NCBI GenBank assembly: GCA_038142505.1
Contig: JAYQKD010000003.1
Span: forward strand, 162,041-226,040
DNA length: 64,000 nt
DNA from: Gammaproteobacteria bacterium
GTDB taxonomy: Bacteria > Pseudomonadota > Gammaproteobacteria > Magnimaribacterales > D2472
Reading direction: 5' to 3'
Numbering within the stretch: the stretch's first letter is position 1; the number at the start of each line of letters is the position of its first letter. Both the position numbers and the translations under genes were made by a program. Positions 9,692 to 20,774 of this stretch are shown piece after piece. The notes beneath the pieces were generated by a model. It did not search any database. It saw only the letters and a program-made list of their open reading frames with translations, and was not told the origin of the DNA.

Positions 9692-11097
9692 CTTTTTTAA
9701 TTGAAATAATTTGATTCATTATTCTCTCTGAAACCTGAAAATTATTTTTAGTTAGATTTAAAGCAAACTCAAGTTGTCCAAGGGCCTGCTCATTTTGACC
9801 CAGCAATAAAAAATATTCTGCTCTGGACTGATGATAGCCAACTATATTTTTGCTATTTCTTTGAATTTCAGATAACAGTAACCATAATTCAGGATCTTCA
9901 TTTCTTCTAATTAATTGATCGCGTATTAATTCTTCAGATTCAAAAAACCTTTTCATTTCAAGTAATAATTTTGATTTAGTAATAGTCAGCGGATAGTTCT
10001 TTGGAGAAATTTCTAAAAAAGTATTTGCTAGTAAATTTAGAGCTTCATCATACTTTTGAGCTTTGGTAAGAATTTGAATTTTAGATGTATTTAAGAATAA
10101 GTTTTTTGGATATTTTTTTAAGAGAATATTAATAAGATTCTCTGATTCTCTTAAGTTATTATTTTGACTATATGCCAGAGCAAGGCCATAAAGATTAGAA
10201 TCTGAGTTTTCTTTCTTCATTTCAGCATTGAAATATCTTATTGATTGGCTTGGGATACTTTTCATAGTAAACTTTCAATCTTGATTTAATTAGTGAAAAT
10301 TCTAAAGAATCTTTTTTAGTACCTTCTTCAGGCACACCTTCTGCAGCATTTAGCGCATCACTTATCCTTGAAGACGACAAGGGGTGAGTTAATAAAAATT
10401 CCGGAGGAGCTTCACCAGCAAGCCTTCTAAGATCATTCATATTTTCAAACATTTCACCCATTGCTTTTGGGTTATATCCAGCCCTGACAAGGTTTGCAAA
10501 GCCAACTCTATCTGCCTCTTTTTCAAAAAGCCTACTATATCTTAGATTTTGAGTTTGCATTAAAGCTGGTCCCACAACCATTGCTCCTGGGTTATTGCTT
10601 ATTAGTGCCAATGCAATTGATGAGATCATTGTTAATGAAGATGCAAGGCTTCTATCTTGAGCATTTAGAACATTTCTTGCAAAGTGTCTTTGACTTAAAT
10701 GGGCAAGCTCATGAGCCATAACTGATGAAAATTGTGCTTCATTGTCTGCATTTAGAAATAGGCCTCCATTAACACCAATTACTCCACCAGGTGCGGCAAA
10801 AGCATTTAAAGAATCGTCATCTATTAACAGTACAGTGAAACGCCTGTCCTTAACTTCACTAAATTCTGATAGTCTGTATGTTAGAAGTTCTGTGTATTCC
10901 TGTATTAAAGGATCAGATATTAAAGGTGCTTGAAAGTATACTTGCTTTAAAAATTCTCTACCTATTAATTTTTCTTCGGCTGTAGATACTGCTCCAGAAA
11001 CTCTATCACCAAGCTCAGGTAATACTAATTCATTTTCTTCTTGGCTAAAAAATGGCAAAGATATGACAGCAGTTATTACTAGAATATATTTCTTCAT
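9666..11097 (-). CDS. bepA: periplasmic M48 metalloprotease/chaperone BepA (frameshift in 10222..10265)
   Basis: ORF 10222..11097 carries a signal peptide and the HExxH motif (MAHELAHLSQRH). ORF 9666..10265 is the TPR C-domain. Together they give about 477 codons, as in YfgC/BepA. The gene is divergent from perM as in E. coli. Confidence 0.85.
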
Positions 11098-11259
11098 TTT
11101 AAATATAAGAATTTATCCAATGTTGCTAAAACTAACATAAACGTGTTTTTTAGATTAATATATCCCATGTTATTGGTTAAGTTATTATAATTTTATAGAT
11201 TTTGACTGCTTTTTTATTATGTAGTTCAAAATCTAGGATAATAATTATTTAAGATAAAA

Positions 11260-12324
11260 ATGTTTGAACAAGTAAATAAAGTATTAAAAAATATATTTAG
11301 TAATGAAGAGACAATAATCTTTTCGTTAGCAATATTATTATTTTTTCTAGTTATATCATTCTTCGGATCAATCTTAACTCCTTTTATGATAAGTATAGTT
11401 GTTGCTTATCTTCTAGTTGGCATGCAAAAAAAAATTCAGTCGTATGATGTCAGTGCGAATGTTGCATTAATTATTACTTTTTCTGTTTTCATAATAACTG
11501 GCGCAGCTTTATTGATATGGTTGGTGCCTCTTTTGTATATTCAGCTTCAAGCTTTTATTCTTGATGTTCCAAATCTTATAAATAATTTCCTTGATTTTAT
11601 ATCTGGATTGCCTGCCAAGTTTCCTGACTTAGTTTCATCTGAACAGATATCTATCTTTTTTCAAGCTGTATCAGAAGAGATTTCTGCGATAGCTCAAAAT
11701 ATTGTTAAGTCATCTATTTCAGGCATACAAAGTGCAATAACATTTCTGTTATATATTATTTTGTTCCCAATACTTGTGTACTTCTTTTTATTTGATAGAA
11801 AAAATATTATTGAGGGTTTTATAAAGATTATTCCAGGAAAGAGAGAAATGCTTACTAATATTTGGGCTGAAATGGATATTCAGTTAAGTAATTATGTAAG
11901 AGGTAAGACAATTGAAATATTTATAGTTGGAATTGCTGCTGCAATTATATTTGCCTCTCTTGGTTTAAAGTATTCTGCTCTATTGTCAGTATTGGTTGGT
12001 TTATCAGTAATTATTCCTTACGTAGGAGCTTTTTTGGTAACCATTCCTATTGTTGTAGTAGGTTTACTTCAGTTTGGCTTAGGAACAGAATTCTATTTGT
12101 TAATAGGCTTATATCTTCTTTTGCAAGCCCTAGACGGTAACTTACTTGTACCTATAATTTTTTCAGAAACAGTAAAATTACATCCAGTGGTGATAATACT
12201 AGCAGTGTTTATATTTGGCAGCATGTTTGGTTTTTGGGGTGTATTCTTTTCAATACCAATTGCAACTTTTATAAAAGCAGTATGGAATGCATGGCCATCA
12301 TCGCCAAATAGCGATTTAAGTTAA
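11260..12324 (+). CDS. perM: AI-2E family transporter (PerM/YfgO-like permease)
   Basis: Polytopic 354-aa protein with the UPF0118 C-terminal signature LDGNLLVPIIFSETVKLHPVVIILAVFIFGSMFGFWGVFFSIPIA. Confidence 0.8.
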   Translation: MFEQVNKVLKNIFSNEETIIFSLAILLFFLVISFFGSILTPFMISIVVAYLLVGMQKKIQSYDVSANVALIITFSVFIITGAALLIWLVPLLYIQLQAFILDVPNLINNFLDFISGLPAKFPDLVSSEQISIFFQAVSEEISAIAQNIVKSSISGIQSAITFLLYIILFPILVYFFLFDRKNIIEGFIKIIPGKREMLTNIWAEMDIQLSNYVRGKTIEIFIVGIAAAIIFASLGLKYSALLSVLVGLSVIIPYVGAFLVTIPIVVVGLLQFGLGTEFYLLIGLYLLLQALDGNLLVPIIFSETVKLHPVVIILAVFIFGSMFGFWGVFFSIPIATFIKAVWNAWPSSPNSDLS

Positions 12325-12787
12325 ATCTTTAACAGTATTTAATACTTCTTCCACATGGCCTTTAACTTTTACTGATCGCCATTCTTTTAAAACTTTCCCA
12401 TTTACATCAATTAAGAACGTACATCTATCAACACCTATATACTCTCTTCCATACATAGATTTTAATTTCATTACATCAAAAGCGTTGCAGACTTTTTCAT
12501 CAGGGTCTGATAATAGTTCAAATGGGAATGATTGTTTTGATTTAAAATTTTCATGGCTCTTGATTGAATCTCTTGAAACACCAAGAATTTCAGTATTAAG
12601 TTTTTTAAAAGATTTATAGTTATCCCTGAACTCTTGACCTTCAGTAGTACACCCAGGAGTGCTATCTTTTGGATAAAAATAAATAACAAAATTTTTCCCT
12701 TCAAAATCTTTATTGGAAAGATTTAACCCGCTCGTGCATTCTGCACTAAACTTTAGGACATTTTTTACCTTCTAAATTTTTAGCCAT
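12316..12787 (-). CDS. bcp: thioredoxin-dependent peroxiredoxin Bcp (one frameshift near the 5' end)
   Basis: Reverse translation gives MAKNLEGK..., then after a 1-nt shift at the T6 run 12761-12766 reads LKFSAECTSGLNLSNKDFEGKNFVIYFYPKDSTPGCTTEGQEFRD...DRCTFLIDVNGKVLKEW. The ORF track missed it because the start codon is in another frame. Confidence 0.85.
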
Positions 12788-12855
12788 ATTTGTTACCTTA
12801 TAAGTATTTTTAATAAAATAGTGTATAGTCCTATTTTTTACTGAATATTTTATCA

Positions 12856-13747
12856 ATGCAAGTTTTACAAGGCAGTTTAGTTGCTCTAGTAACACCTCTT
12901 TTAAAGAATGGTGATGTTGATTATGAATCTCTCAGTAGTCTTTTAGACTGGCATATTAGCTAATGAAACCGATGGGATAGTTTCTGTTGGAACTACAGGC
13001 GAATCAGCTACTTTAAACGTAAAAGAGCATATTGAAGTAATTGACTATTCAGTAAAATATGTTCAAAACAGAATACCCGTTATTGCAGGAACAGGCGCAA
13101 ACTCAACAGATGAAGCAATTGAACTATCTCTTGAAGCAAAATTAAAAGGCGCAGATTATGTTCTACTAGTCACTCCATACTATAACAAGCCTAATCAAAA
13201 AGGATTACTAGCACATTATGAAAAAATTGCTAATAACGTAGATATTAAACAGATTTTATATAATGTGCCTTCAAGAACAGCTTGTGATTTAAAACCTGAA
13301 ACAGTTAGCATTCTTTCTGAACATAAAAATATTGTTGGTCTAAAAGAAGCTGTTGATGATATTGAAAGAATAAAAGAGCTAGTTAAAATTTCTAAAAATT
13401 CTTCTAATTTTGCTATTCTTTTTCTGGTGATGATCCTACCTTTTGAATGCTTTGATAGAAGGTGCTCACGGAGTAATATCTGTTGCAGCTAATGTTATAC
13501 CAAAATCAATTTCACAAATATGCAAATATATAAGAGATAATAAATATTGAAGAGGCAAAGAAATTAAATGAAGATTAACAATAATTTATATAGATTATTA
13601 TTTGTTGAATCCAATCCAATACCGGTGAAATGGATGTTAACTAAAATGGGAATGATTGAAAATTCAATCAGACTTCCTTTAATAGAATTAGATGAAACTT
13701 ATCATGATGAAATTTTGTCAGAACTAAACAAACTTAAATTAATTTAA
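12856..13747 (+). CDS. dapA: 4-hydroxy-tetrahydrodipicolinate synthase (at least 4 frameshifts)
   Basis: The pieces read MQVLQGSLVALVTPLLKNGDVDYESL..., ETDGIVSVGTTGESATLNVKEH...IAGTGANST..., YNVPSRTACDL..., GDDPTFLNALIEGAHGVISVAANV and LFVESNPIPVKWML...RLPL across three frames. It is followed by bamC and purC as in E. coli. Confidence 0.85.
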
Positions 13748-14727
13748 ATGAAAAAAATTCTTATAATCAATTTATTAATCATAACAACTTCATGCTCCTA
13801 TATATCTGGACCAGAAGGAATGTTCCCACCTACAAAAAATGCATTTCTTAAAGAAAAGGTTGAAGAGGATATGCAGTTACCAGATGACTTAAATGTAATT
13901 GTTATTGAAAATCATTATCCAGTTAATGTTGTAAATGAACTATCTGATGATCAAGAAGTCCCCAAGCCAAGACAAATCTTTGCATCCTCTGGAAATAGCT
14001 CTGTTCAGTTAAGGCGTTTAGGTGAGTTGATGTGGATATATGTTGAGACTTTGCCATCAACATCATGGCCTATAACAAAAAGCTATTGGAATACATCATC
14101 ATATGAAAGTATTAAATGCCGATCCTTTAACTGGTGAAATCGATATAAATTTTGATGAAACTTCAATATTAAAAATGAAAATTGAACATGGCATTAAAGA
14201 AGCATCTACTGAAATTTTTCTAGCTCAAATTAACAAGAATTCAAATGAAATTAATAGCAATCCTGAGCTTATCCAATCTGAGCTTAGTAATTTAGTTAAT
14301 TATTTTGCTGAGTCCGTTGATCAGTTTTCTGGAACATCTCTAGCTGCTCAAAACTTAAATGATATAAAGAAAGCAAAGATTTTTGTTGAGAATGGTCAAA
14401 CCGTCATAGAGCTTGATTTAAATTTTGATAGAGCATGGTCCTCAGTTACAAAAGCTATGGACGCATCTCAAATTCTTGCTAACGATAAGGATAGAAGTAA
14501 TGGTATTTTTTATGTTAGTTATTCTGAAGAAGAAGAAAGGTGGCATTTTTTCATTTTTAAACTTTGGTAGAAATAATAAAAATCAAAAAGTCAATTTTGA
14601 TGGAGCTCAATTTGAGGTAAAAATTACAGAAAAAAATAACAAAACATATGTAAGAGCATATTCAAAAGATGGTAAAATTGAAGAAGCTGAAAAGCTAATC
14701 TCAAAAATTAATGAATCTCTAAGTTAA
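13748..14727 (+). CDS. bamC: outer-membrane assembly lipoprotein BamC/NlpB (frameshifted, 3 ORF fragments)
   Basis: Lipobox (LIITTSC). The length (~326 codons) and the position between dapA and purC match bamC. Fragments 13748..14137, 14103..14570 and 14425..14727 overlap in different frames. Confidence 0.7.
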
Positions 14728-14735
14728 GGCTAATT

Positions 14736-15458
14736 ATGGAAAAAATTAAAGAAATAACTAAAGGAAAAGCAAAGTCATTATTTACTACATCTGATGATGA
14801 TCAACTGGTGATGCATTTTAGTGACGATACTTCTGCTTTTGATGGCAAAAAGAAAGAAGCTTTATTAGGTAAAGGTGCTGTTAATAATCAATTTAATGCA
14901 TTTATTATGGACCATCTTGAAAAAAATGGTGTTGAGACTCATCACATTGAAGTGCTTAACAGCAATGACTCACTTGTTTATAAGTTAGATATGTTTCCAA
15001 TTGAATGCGTTATTAGAAATAGAGCGTCTGGATCAATATGCAGAAGATTAGGCACTGAGGATGGACTTATACTAGAAAATCCTTTATTTGAATTCTTTTT
15101 AAAAGATGATGATTTAGGTGATCCATTAATAAATGATGAGCACATTATTTCTTTTGGTTGGGCTAATAAAGATCAAATTGAGAAGATGAAAGAACTTACT
15201 TATAAAGTAAATACGGTCTTAAAAGAGCTATTCATCAACTCTAATTTAATATTAGTAGATTTTAAAGTTGAATTTGGTGTTTGTAGTCAAGGCAAGATTT
15301 TATTGGCTGATGAGTTTACTCCAGATGGATGTAGGTTATGGGATTCTGAAACTTTAAAGAAGATGGATAAAGATAGGTTTAGACAAGGTCTTGGTGATGT
15401 TGTTGAATCATACCATCAGGTTGCTGATAGACTTGGTATGAATATAATAGTTGACTAA
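14736..15458 (+). CDS. purC: phosphoribosylaminoimidazole-succinocarboxamide (SAICAR) synthase
   Basis: GKAKSLFTT...DDTSAFDGKKK...IECVIRNRASGS...LADEFTPDGCRLWD are the PurC signatures. The 240-aa ORF is intact. Confidence 0.95.
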   Translation: MEKIKEITKGKAKSLFTTSDDDQLVMHFSDDTSAFDGKKKEALLGKGAVNNQFNAFIMDHLEKNGVETHHIEVLNSNDSLVYKLDMFPIECVIRNRASGSICRRLGTEDGLILENPLFEFFLKDDDLGDPLINDEHIISFGWANKDQIEKMKELTYKVNTVLKELFINSNLILVDFKVEFGVCSQGKILLADEFTPDGCRLWDSETLKKMDKDRFRQGLGDVVESYHQVADRLGMNIIVD

Positions 15459-15484
15459 ATTAGTCAGGTATTTATAATTCATGC

Positions 15485-15919
15485 GTGAAATTAACTACAA
15501 AAAGTAAATACGCTGTTAATGCTTTAGTTGAACTTCGTCTTTTAGCTTCAGAAGGCCCAGTTTCATTATCAGATATATCTGCTAATCAAAATATTGAAAT
15601 ATCATATTTAGAACAAATTTTCAGAAAGCTTAGGCTTTACGGAATAGTTGCTAGTTCGAGAGGTCGCAATGGTGGCTATCTTTATGCCAAGGATCCAGCA
15701 TTAGTTACAATCAAAGATATCATGAATGCTGTTGAAGAAGACTTAGATGCAACAAGTTGTAGTGGCATGAGCACATGCAATGATGGAAAAAAATGCAATA
15801 CCCATAACTTATGGCATGAGCTTAATGACGTAGTAAATAGTTACTTAAGTAATATAACAATTAATACACTTGTAGAAACCAACAATGACCCATATATAAA
15901 GTTAAGAGAGATTGTATAA
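15485..15919 (+). CDS. iscR: Fe-S cluster assembly transcriptional regulator IscR (Rrf2 family)
   Basis: GTG start. [17 protein letters not shown]..., and the Cys cluster [22 protein letters not shown]. The gene lies directly upstream of iscS. Confidence 0.9.
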   Translation: MKLTTKSKYAVNALVELRLLASEGPVSLSDISANQNIEISYLEQIFRKLRLYGIVASSRGRNGGYLYAKDPALVTIKDIMNAVEEDLDATSCSGMSTCNDGKKCNTHNLWHELNDVVNSYLSNITINTLVETNNDPYIKLREIV

Positions 15920-17140
15920 ATGACTGAAAATTCAACCATATATTTAGACTATGCATCAACTACTCCTGTTGATCCTCGTGTAGCATCAAAGATGATGGAG
16001 TATCTTACACCTGATGGTGAATTTGGTAATCCAGCATCTCGTTCTCATAGATACGGGTGGAAAGCTGACGATGCTGTTGAAGAGGCTAGATCACATGTAG
16101 CTAACCTTGTGAACGCAGATCCAAGAGAAATTGTTTGGACATCTGGTGCTACTGAGGCTGATAACCTTGCTGTAAAAGGTGTTGCCAGATTTTATAAATC
16201 TAAGGGAAATCATATTATTACTTCAAAAATTGAACATAAAGCAGTTCTTGATCCATGTAGACAATTAGAACGAGAGGGTTTTGAAGTTACTTATCTTGAG
16301 CCCAATGAATTCGGTATTATTCAACCTGAGCAGGTAAAAGAGGCCATAAAAGAATCTACAATATTAGTTTCATTAATGCATATCAATAATGAGCTTGGAA
16401 CATTAAATGACTTGCAGTCAATTGGAGAAATAACAAGAGAATCAGGTGTATTTTTTCATGTTGATGCTGCGCAAAGTACTGGAAAAGTAGAAATTGATCT
16501 TTCAGTATTACCTGTAGATTTGATGTCATTTTCTGCTCATAAAACTTATGGACCTAAAGGTATTGGTGCTTTGTTCGTAAGAAGAAAGCCACGAGTAAGA
16601 ATTGAGGCATTAATTCATGGAGGAGGTCACGAAAGAGGTATGAGGTCTGGAACATTAGCCCCTCATCAAATTGTTGGCATGGGAGAAGCATTTAGAATTG
16701 CTAAATTAGAAATGACAAAAGATCATGACATGATTGCAAAATACCATGAAAAATTTTTAGATGAAGCTATGAAAATTGAGCATGTTTATATCAATGGCGA
16801 CTTAAAGAATAAAGTCCCAAATATACTTAATATGAGCTTTAATTTTGTTGAAGGAGAATCATTAATAATGGGTCTTAAAGATATTGCGGTATCCTCAGGC
16901 TCAGCTTGTACATCTGCAAGCTTAGAGCCTTCATATGTCTTGAGAGCTCTTGGTAGAAAAGATGAATTAGCTCACAGCTCAATTAGATTTTCTTTTGGCA
17001 GGTTTACAAAAGAAAGCGATGTAGATAAAACATTATCAATATTAAATAATGTGGTTGATAGATTAAGAGAACTTTCTCCACTTTGGGAAATGCATCTAGA
17101 TGGAATTGATTTAGATACTGTAACCTGGAATACACATTAA
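15920..17140 (+). CDS. iscS: cysteine desulfurase IscS
   Basis: [15 protein letters not shown]..., [18 protein letters not shown] (PLP lysine), [21 protein letters not shown] (active-site Cys) and the C-terminal tail LSPLWEM. Confidence 0.97.
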   Translation: MTENSTIYLDYASTTPVDPRVASKMMEYLTPDGEFGNPASRSHRYGWKADDAVEEARSHVANLVNADPREIVWTSGATEADNLAVKGVARFYKSKGNHIITSKIEHKAVLDPCRQLEREGFEVTYLEPNEFGIIQPEQVKEAIKESTILVSLMHINNELGTLNDLQSIGEITRESGVFFHVDAAQSTGKVEIDLSVLPVDLMSFSAHKTYGPKGIGALFVRRKPRVRIEALIHGGGHERGMRSGTLAPHQIVGMGEAFRIAKLEMTKDHDMIAKYHEKFLDEAMKIEHVYINGDLKNKVPNILNMSFNFVEGESLIMGLKDIAVSSGSACTSASLEPSYVLRALGRKDELAHSSIRFSFGRFTKESDVDKTLSILNNVVDRLRELSPLWEMHLDGIDLDTVTWNTH

Positions 17141-17155
17141 TAATGGAGGCTTGAA

Positions 17156-17560
17156 ATGGCTTATAGTAAAAAAGTTGTAGACAAATTTGAAAATACTTTA
17201 AATGATCCAAAGGCATTTAATGTTGGTAGATTTGATCCAAAAGAAGAAAATGTTGGAACAGGTATGGTTGGAGCACCAGCTTGTGGAGATGTTATGAAAT
17301 TGCAAATAAAGTGAGCCATCTGGTAATACTCACATGTAATAAAAGATGTAAAATTTAAAACTTACGGATGTGGTTCTGCAATAGCATCTTCAAGTGAACT
17401 TGTTGATATGCTTATTGGCAAAACCTTAGAAGAAGCAAAAGCTATCAAAAACAAAGAGATTGTTGATGCCCTTGAGCTACCTCCAATAAAAATACATTGC
17501 TCCGTTTTAGCTGAAGATTCAATAAAACAAGCAATAGAAGATTACGAATCAAAACAATAA
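17156..17560 (+). CDS. iscU: Fe-S scaffold protein IscU (two in-frame stops at 17312-17314 and 17324-17326)
   Basis: MAYSKKVVDKFENTLN...GAPACGDVMKLQIK-TGA-AIW-TAA-YSHVIKDVKFKTYGCGSAIASSS...IHCSVLAEDSIK. The conserved Cys and His ligand motifs are present, and the same reading frame holds before and after the stops. Confidence 0.85.
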
Positions 17561-17566
17561 ATAATC

Positions 17567-17908
17567 ATGCAAGTTTTTAGCTCAACAGACTTAAACTTTT
17601 CAGATTCTGCAATTGACCACTTTTTATCAAGCCTTGAAAATCGTGGCAAAGGTGTTGGAATTAAGATTGGAGTTAAAAAAGCAGGATGTTCAGGCTATGA
17701 ATATTTTTTTGATTATGTTGACTCTTTTGATGATGACGGTGTTGTTTTCGAAAAAAATGGATGCAAAATTTTTGTTGATAACAGCAGTCTAGAATTTTTA
17801 AAAGGTAGTCTAGTTGATTATCAAAAAGATGGCCTTAACCAAGGAATAAAATTTGTAAATCCAAATGCTAAAGCAGTATGTGGTTGTGGTGAAAGCTTTA
17901 CCATATAG
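17567..17908 (+). CDS. iscA: Fe-S cluster carrier IscA
   Basis: GVKKAGCSGYEY... and the C-terminal AKAVCGCGESFTI (A-type carrier Cys-x-Cys motif). Confidence 0.93.
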   Translation: MQVFSSTDLNFSDSAIDHFLSSLENRGKGVGIKIGVKKAGCSGYEYFFDYVDSFDDDGVVFEKNGCKIFVDNSSLEFLKGSLVDYQKDGLNQGIKFVNPNAKAVCGCGESFTI

Positions 17909-17910
17909 CA

Positions 17911-18249
17911 ATGCCTAAAATAAAAATCTTACCTCATGAAGACCTTTGTCCTGAAGGAGCTTTGATCGAAAATCAACCTGATGAAACTATATGTGAGGCG
18001 GCTTTAAGAAATGGTATACAAATAGAGCATGCATGTGAGATGTCTGCAGCATGCACAACCTGTCATTGTATTGTTCGTAAGGGCTTTGATAGTTTAGATG
18101 AAGCAAGTGAAATCGAAGAAGACCTTCTAGATAAAGCATGGGGACTTGAGCAAACATCAAGACTTAGTTGTCAGGCAATACCAAAAGATGAAGATATTGA
18201 AATTGAAATACCTAAATACAATATTAATATGGTTTCAGAGAATCACTAA
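17911..18249 (+). CDS. fdx: ISC-type [2Fe-2S] ferredoxin
   Basis: MPKIKILPHEDLCPEG...EHACEMSAACTTCHCIV...SRLSCQA matches adrenodoxin-like Fdx. It starts 2 nt after iscA. Confidence 0.92.
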   Translation: MPKIKILPHEDLCPEGALIENQPDETICEAALRNGIQIEHACEMSAACTTCHCIVRKGFDSLDEASEIEEDLLDKAWGLEQTSRLSCQAIPKDEDIEIEIPKYNINMVSENH

Positions 18250-18452
18250 TGAATAGTATAGATTGGTTGGATACAAATGATATCGCTATCGAGCTTTCAG
18301 AAAAATTTCCAGACATTGATCCTCAATGGATAAGTTTTCCTGATCTGCATAATAAAATTTGCAACCTAGATGGATTTATTGGAGATCCAAACAAATCAAA
18401 TGAAAAAATTCTTGAAGCTATTCAGATGTTATGGATAGAAGAATCCAAATAA
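18249..18452 (+). CDS. iscX: Fe-S assembly accessory protein IscX/YfhJ
   Basis: 67 aa, acidic: [41 protein letters not shown]. The length and the position after fdx are typical of IscX. Confidence 0.85.
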   Translation: MNSIDWLDTNDIAIELSEKFPDIDPQWISFPDLHNKICNLDGFIGDPNKSNEKILEAIQMLWIEESK

Positions 18453-18492
18453 CTTTCATATAATACCTAAAATTTTTTATAAGGAATTCAAA

Positions 18493-18918
18493 ATGGCAAC
18501 AGAACGCACACTATCTATAATCAAACCAGATGCAGTATCAAAGAATATTATTGGCAAAATAATCTCCAGATTTGAGGACAATGGTCTTCATATTGTTGCC
18601 GGCAAACTAATACAGCTCGATGATGAAATGGCATCAGGTTTTTATGCTGAACACGAAGGCAGACCTTTTTTTAATGATCTTAAAAAGTTCATGACATCTG
18701 GTCCAGTTTTTGTTCAGGTGCTTGAAGGCGAGGGAGCAATCCAAAAAAATAGAGAACTTATGGGCAGCACTAACCCACAAGAAGCCGATCCTGGAACAAT
18801 AAGAGCAGATTTTGCAAATAGCATAGATGCTAATGCTGTTCACGGATCTGATTCTGAAACAAGCGCTGTAAGGGAAATAAATTATTTTTTCACCGAAGAA
18901 GAAATAGTATCTAAATAG
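18493..18918 (+). CDS. ndk: nucleoside diphosphate kinase
   Basis: [12 protein letters not shown]...[11 protein letters not shown]...GTIRADFA...NAVHGSDS, with the active-site His context. Confidence 0.97.
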   Translation: MATERTLSIIKPDAVSKNIIGKIISRFEDNGLHIVAGKLIQLDDEMASGFYAEHEGRPFFNDLKKFMTSGPVFVQVLEGEGAIQKNRELMGSTNPQEADPGTIRADFANSIDANAVHGSDSETSAVREINYFFTEEEIVSK

Positions 18919-18921
18919 ATT

Positions 18922-20008
18922 TTGTCTGATAAAAAAATAAATCTTCTAGGGTATTCTCTTGAATCCCTAGAGGCTTTTTTTAATGATATTGGTGAGCCTA
19001 AATTCAGGGCTAAACAATTAATTAAATGGGTTCATCAGAAAGGTATCCTTGATTTTAGTCAGATGACTGACTTCAATAAAATTCTTAGAGAGAAGCTTGA
19101 ACTAATAGCTTGCCTTAGAACACCAATGGTTGAAAAGGTTTACAAATCTCCTGAGGGAACAATTAAGTATTTAGTAAAACTTGAATCAGGATCTATGATT
19201 GAAATGGTAAGAATACCTGAAAAGAAAAGAATGACTCTATGTATATCATCACAGGCAGGCTGTGCTCTTCAATGCACTTTTTGTGCCACCGGAGCACAAG
19301 GATTTGAAACAAATCTTACTCCTGATGAAATTATCGGCCAATTATGGCTTGCTAATTTTTATCAAGATGATGAACCTCCGATTACTAATGTAGTATTTAT
19401 GGGTATGGGAGAACCGCTATTAAATTTTGAACCTGTTATTGAATCAGCAAAGATAATGAAGGAACAACTTGCATACGGGCTTTCAAGAAAGAAAAAGAAT
19501 AACTATAAGCACTTCGGGTATAACACCTCAAATAGATAAACTAAGCGATGAAATAGATGTCTCTTTAGCTATATCCCTTCATGCGCCAACAAATGAATTG
19601 AGAGATGAAATAGTTCCAATAAATAAAAAATACCCAATAAGCAATTTAATCAATTCATGCAACAATTACTTAAAAAACTATGATGGTAAAAGAAGTATTA
19701 CCATAGAATATATTTTGATTGATGGCATTAATGATTCGGAAGAATTGGCAAGAAAACTAGCAAAACTATTATCAAATATATCGTGTAAAATTAATTTAAT
19801 ACCTTTCAATCCTTTTGAGGGCTCAAACTATAAGCGCTCCAAAACAAAGACCATTGAAAATTTTAAGAAAATTCTTATGGATAAAGGTTTTATAACAACA
19901 TTAAGAGTTACAAGAGGAGATGCAATTGACGGAGCATGTGGTCAGCTTGTTGGAAAATTAAATAAATCGATTAAAGGTAAGAAAGCTTATATCTCACAAA
20001 CTTATATC
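18922..20008 (+). CDS. rlmN: 23S rRNA/tRNA m2A methyltransferase RlmN, radical SAM (frameshift ~19485-19500; 3' end uncertain)
   Basis: FRAKQLIKWVHQKG, the radical-SAM motif SSQAGCALQCTFCATG, GMGEPLLN, then after the shift ITISTSGITPQIDKL...SLHAP and GDAIDGACGQL. No stop codon separates it from rodZ in this frame. Confidence 0.85.
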
Positions 20009-20774
20009 ATGACAGAAAATTTTAAGTCAGCCAGATCAGCAAAAATTGGTAAGGTTTTTAAGGTAGCTCGAAAAGAGCTTGGCTTAAGTAAAGTTGAAGT
20101 CTCGAACGCAGCATTTATGAATATTAGATACATTAATGCAATAGAGTCAGGTGATTATTCTGTCTTTCCAAGCGAAGTCTTTGCTAAAGCATATTTTACT
20201 AAATACCAAGATTTTTTATCAATAGAATGTGAGTTTCCACCAATATATGAAAGTAATAATAGACAAGATAAAATTATTAAAAAATCTATTGCTAAAATTA
20301 ATCCATCATTAATACCAATTATTAGAATTGTAGGAGTAATAGTTTTTAATAATTCTGTGGTTGTTTAATAAACGTTAGTTTTTCAAGAGAAACTAAGAAT
20401 AACGATTCCTTCGTCAGTAAAAGAAACCTTTCCCAATATTGAATTAAATAAAAATTGAAGAAGCTATTAATTTTAATAATTTAATAGAAACTCCTATAAA
20501 TCCATAATAGAGGATGAAACCTTTAATTAACTCAAATAAACTTATTTTTAGTTTCTTTGATGAATGTTGGATTGAAATATATTCATATGATGAGTTGATA
20601 ATTAATAAGTTATTCAAATATGGAGATAGCTTTGAGGTTGAGATTGAAAGACCTTTTAAAATTGTTGTTGGCAATGCAGAAGCTATAGAAGCTTCATATA
20701 ATGGCAATAACATTGATTTTATTACTAATGCTAATAGACTTAATGTAAGTACTATTATGTTTAATGATGAGTAA
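20009..20774 (+). CDS. rodZ: cytoskeleton protein RodZ (HTH plus TM plus C-terminal DUF4115-like domain; frameshifted around 20340-20510)
   Basis: The N-terminal XRE-type HTH reads [52 protein letters not shown]. The C-terminal fragment 20514..20774 ([11 protein letters not shown]...[22 protein letters not shown]) looks like the RodZ C-domain. The position between rlmN and ispG supports the call. Confidence 0.75.

Noticed and set aside
8353-11100. Genomic island or integrative element at tRNA-Lys
   Set aside because: There is no integrase, transposase or phage gene. I noticed no direct repeat of the tRNA 3' end downstream. The genes after the transporter (bepA, perM, bcp, dapA) are ordinary core genes with the same composition.
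12471-12704. 77-aa minus-strand ORF from the track in the bcp region
   Set aside because: It is the wrong reading frame of the same DNA. The adjacent frame encodes an uninterrupted Bcp peroxiredoxin (FYPKDSTPGCTTE) that merely lacks an in-frame start because of a 5' indel.
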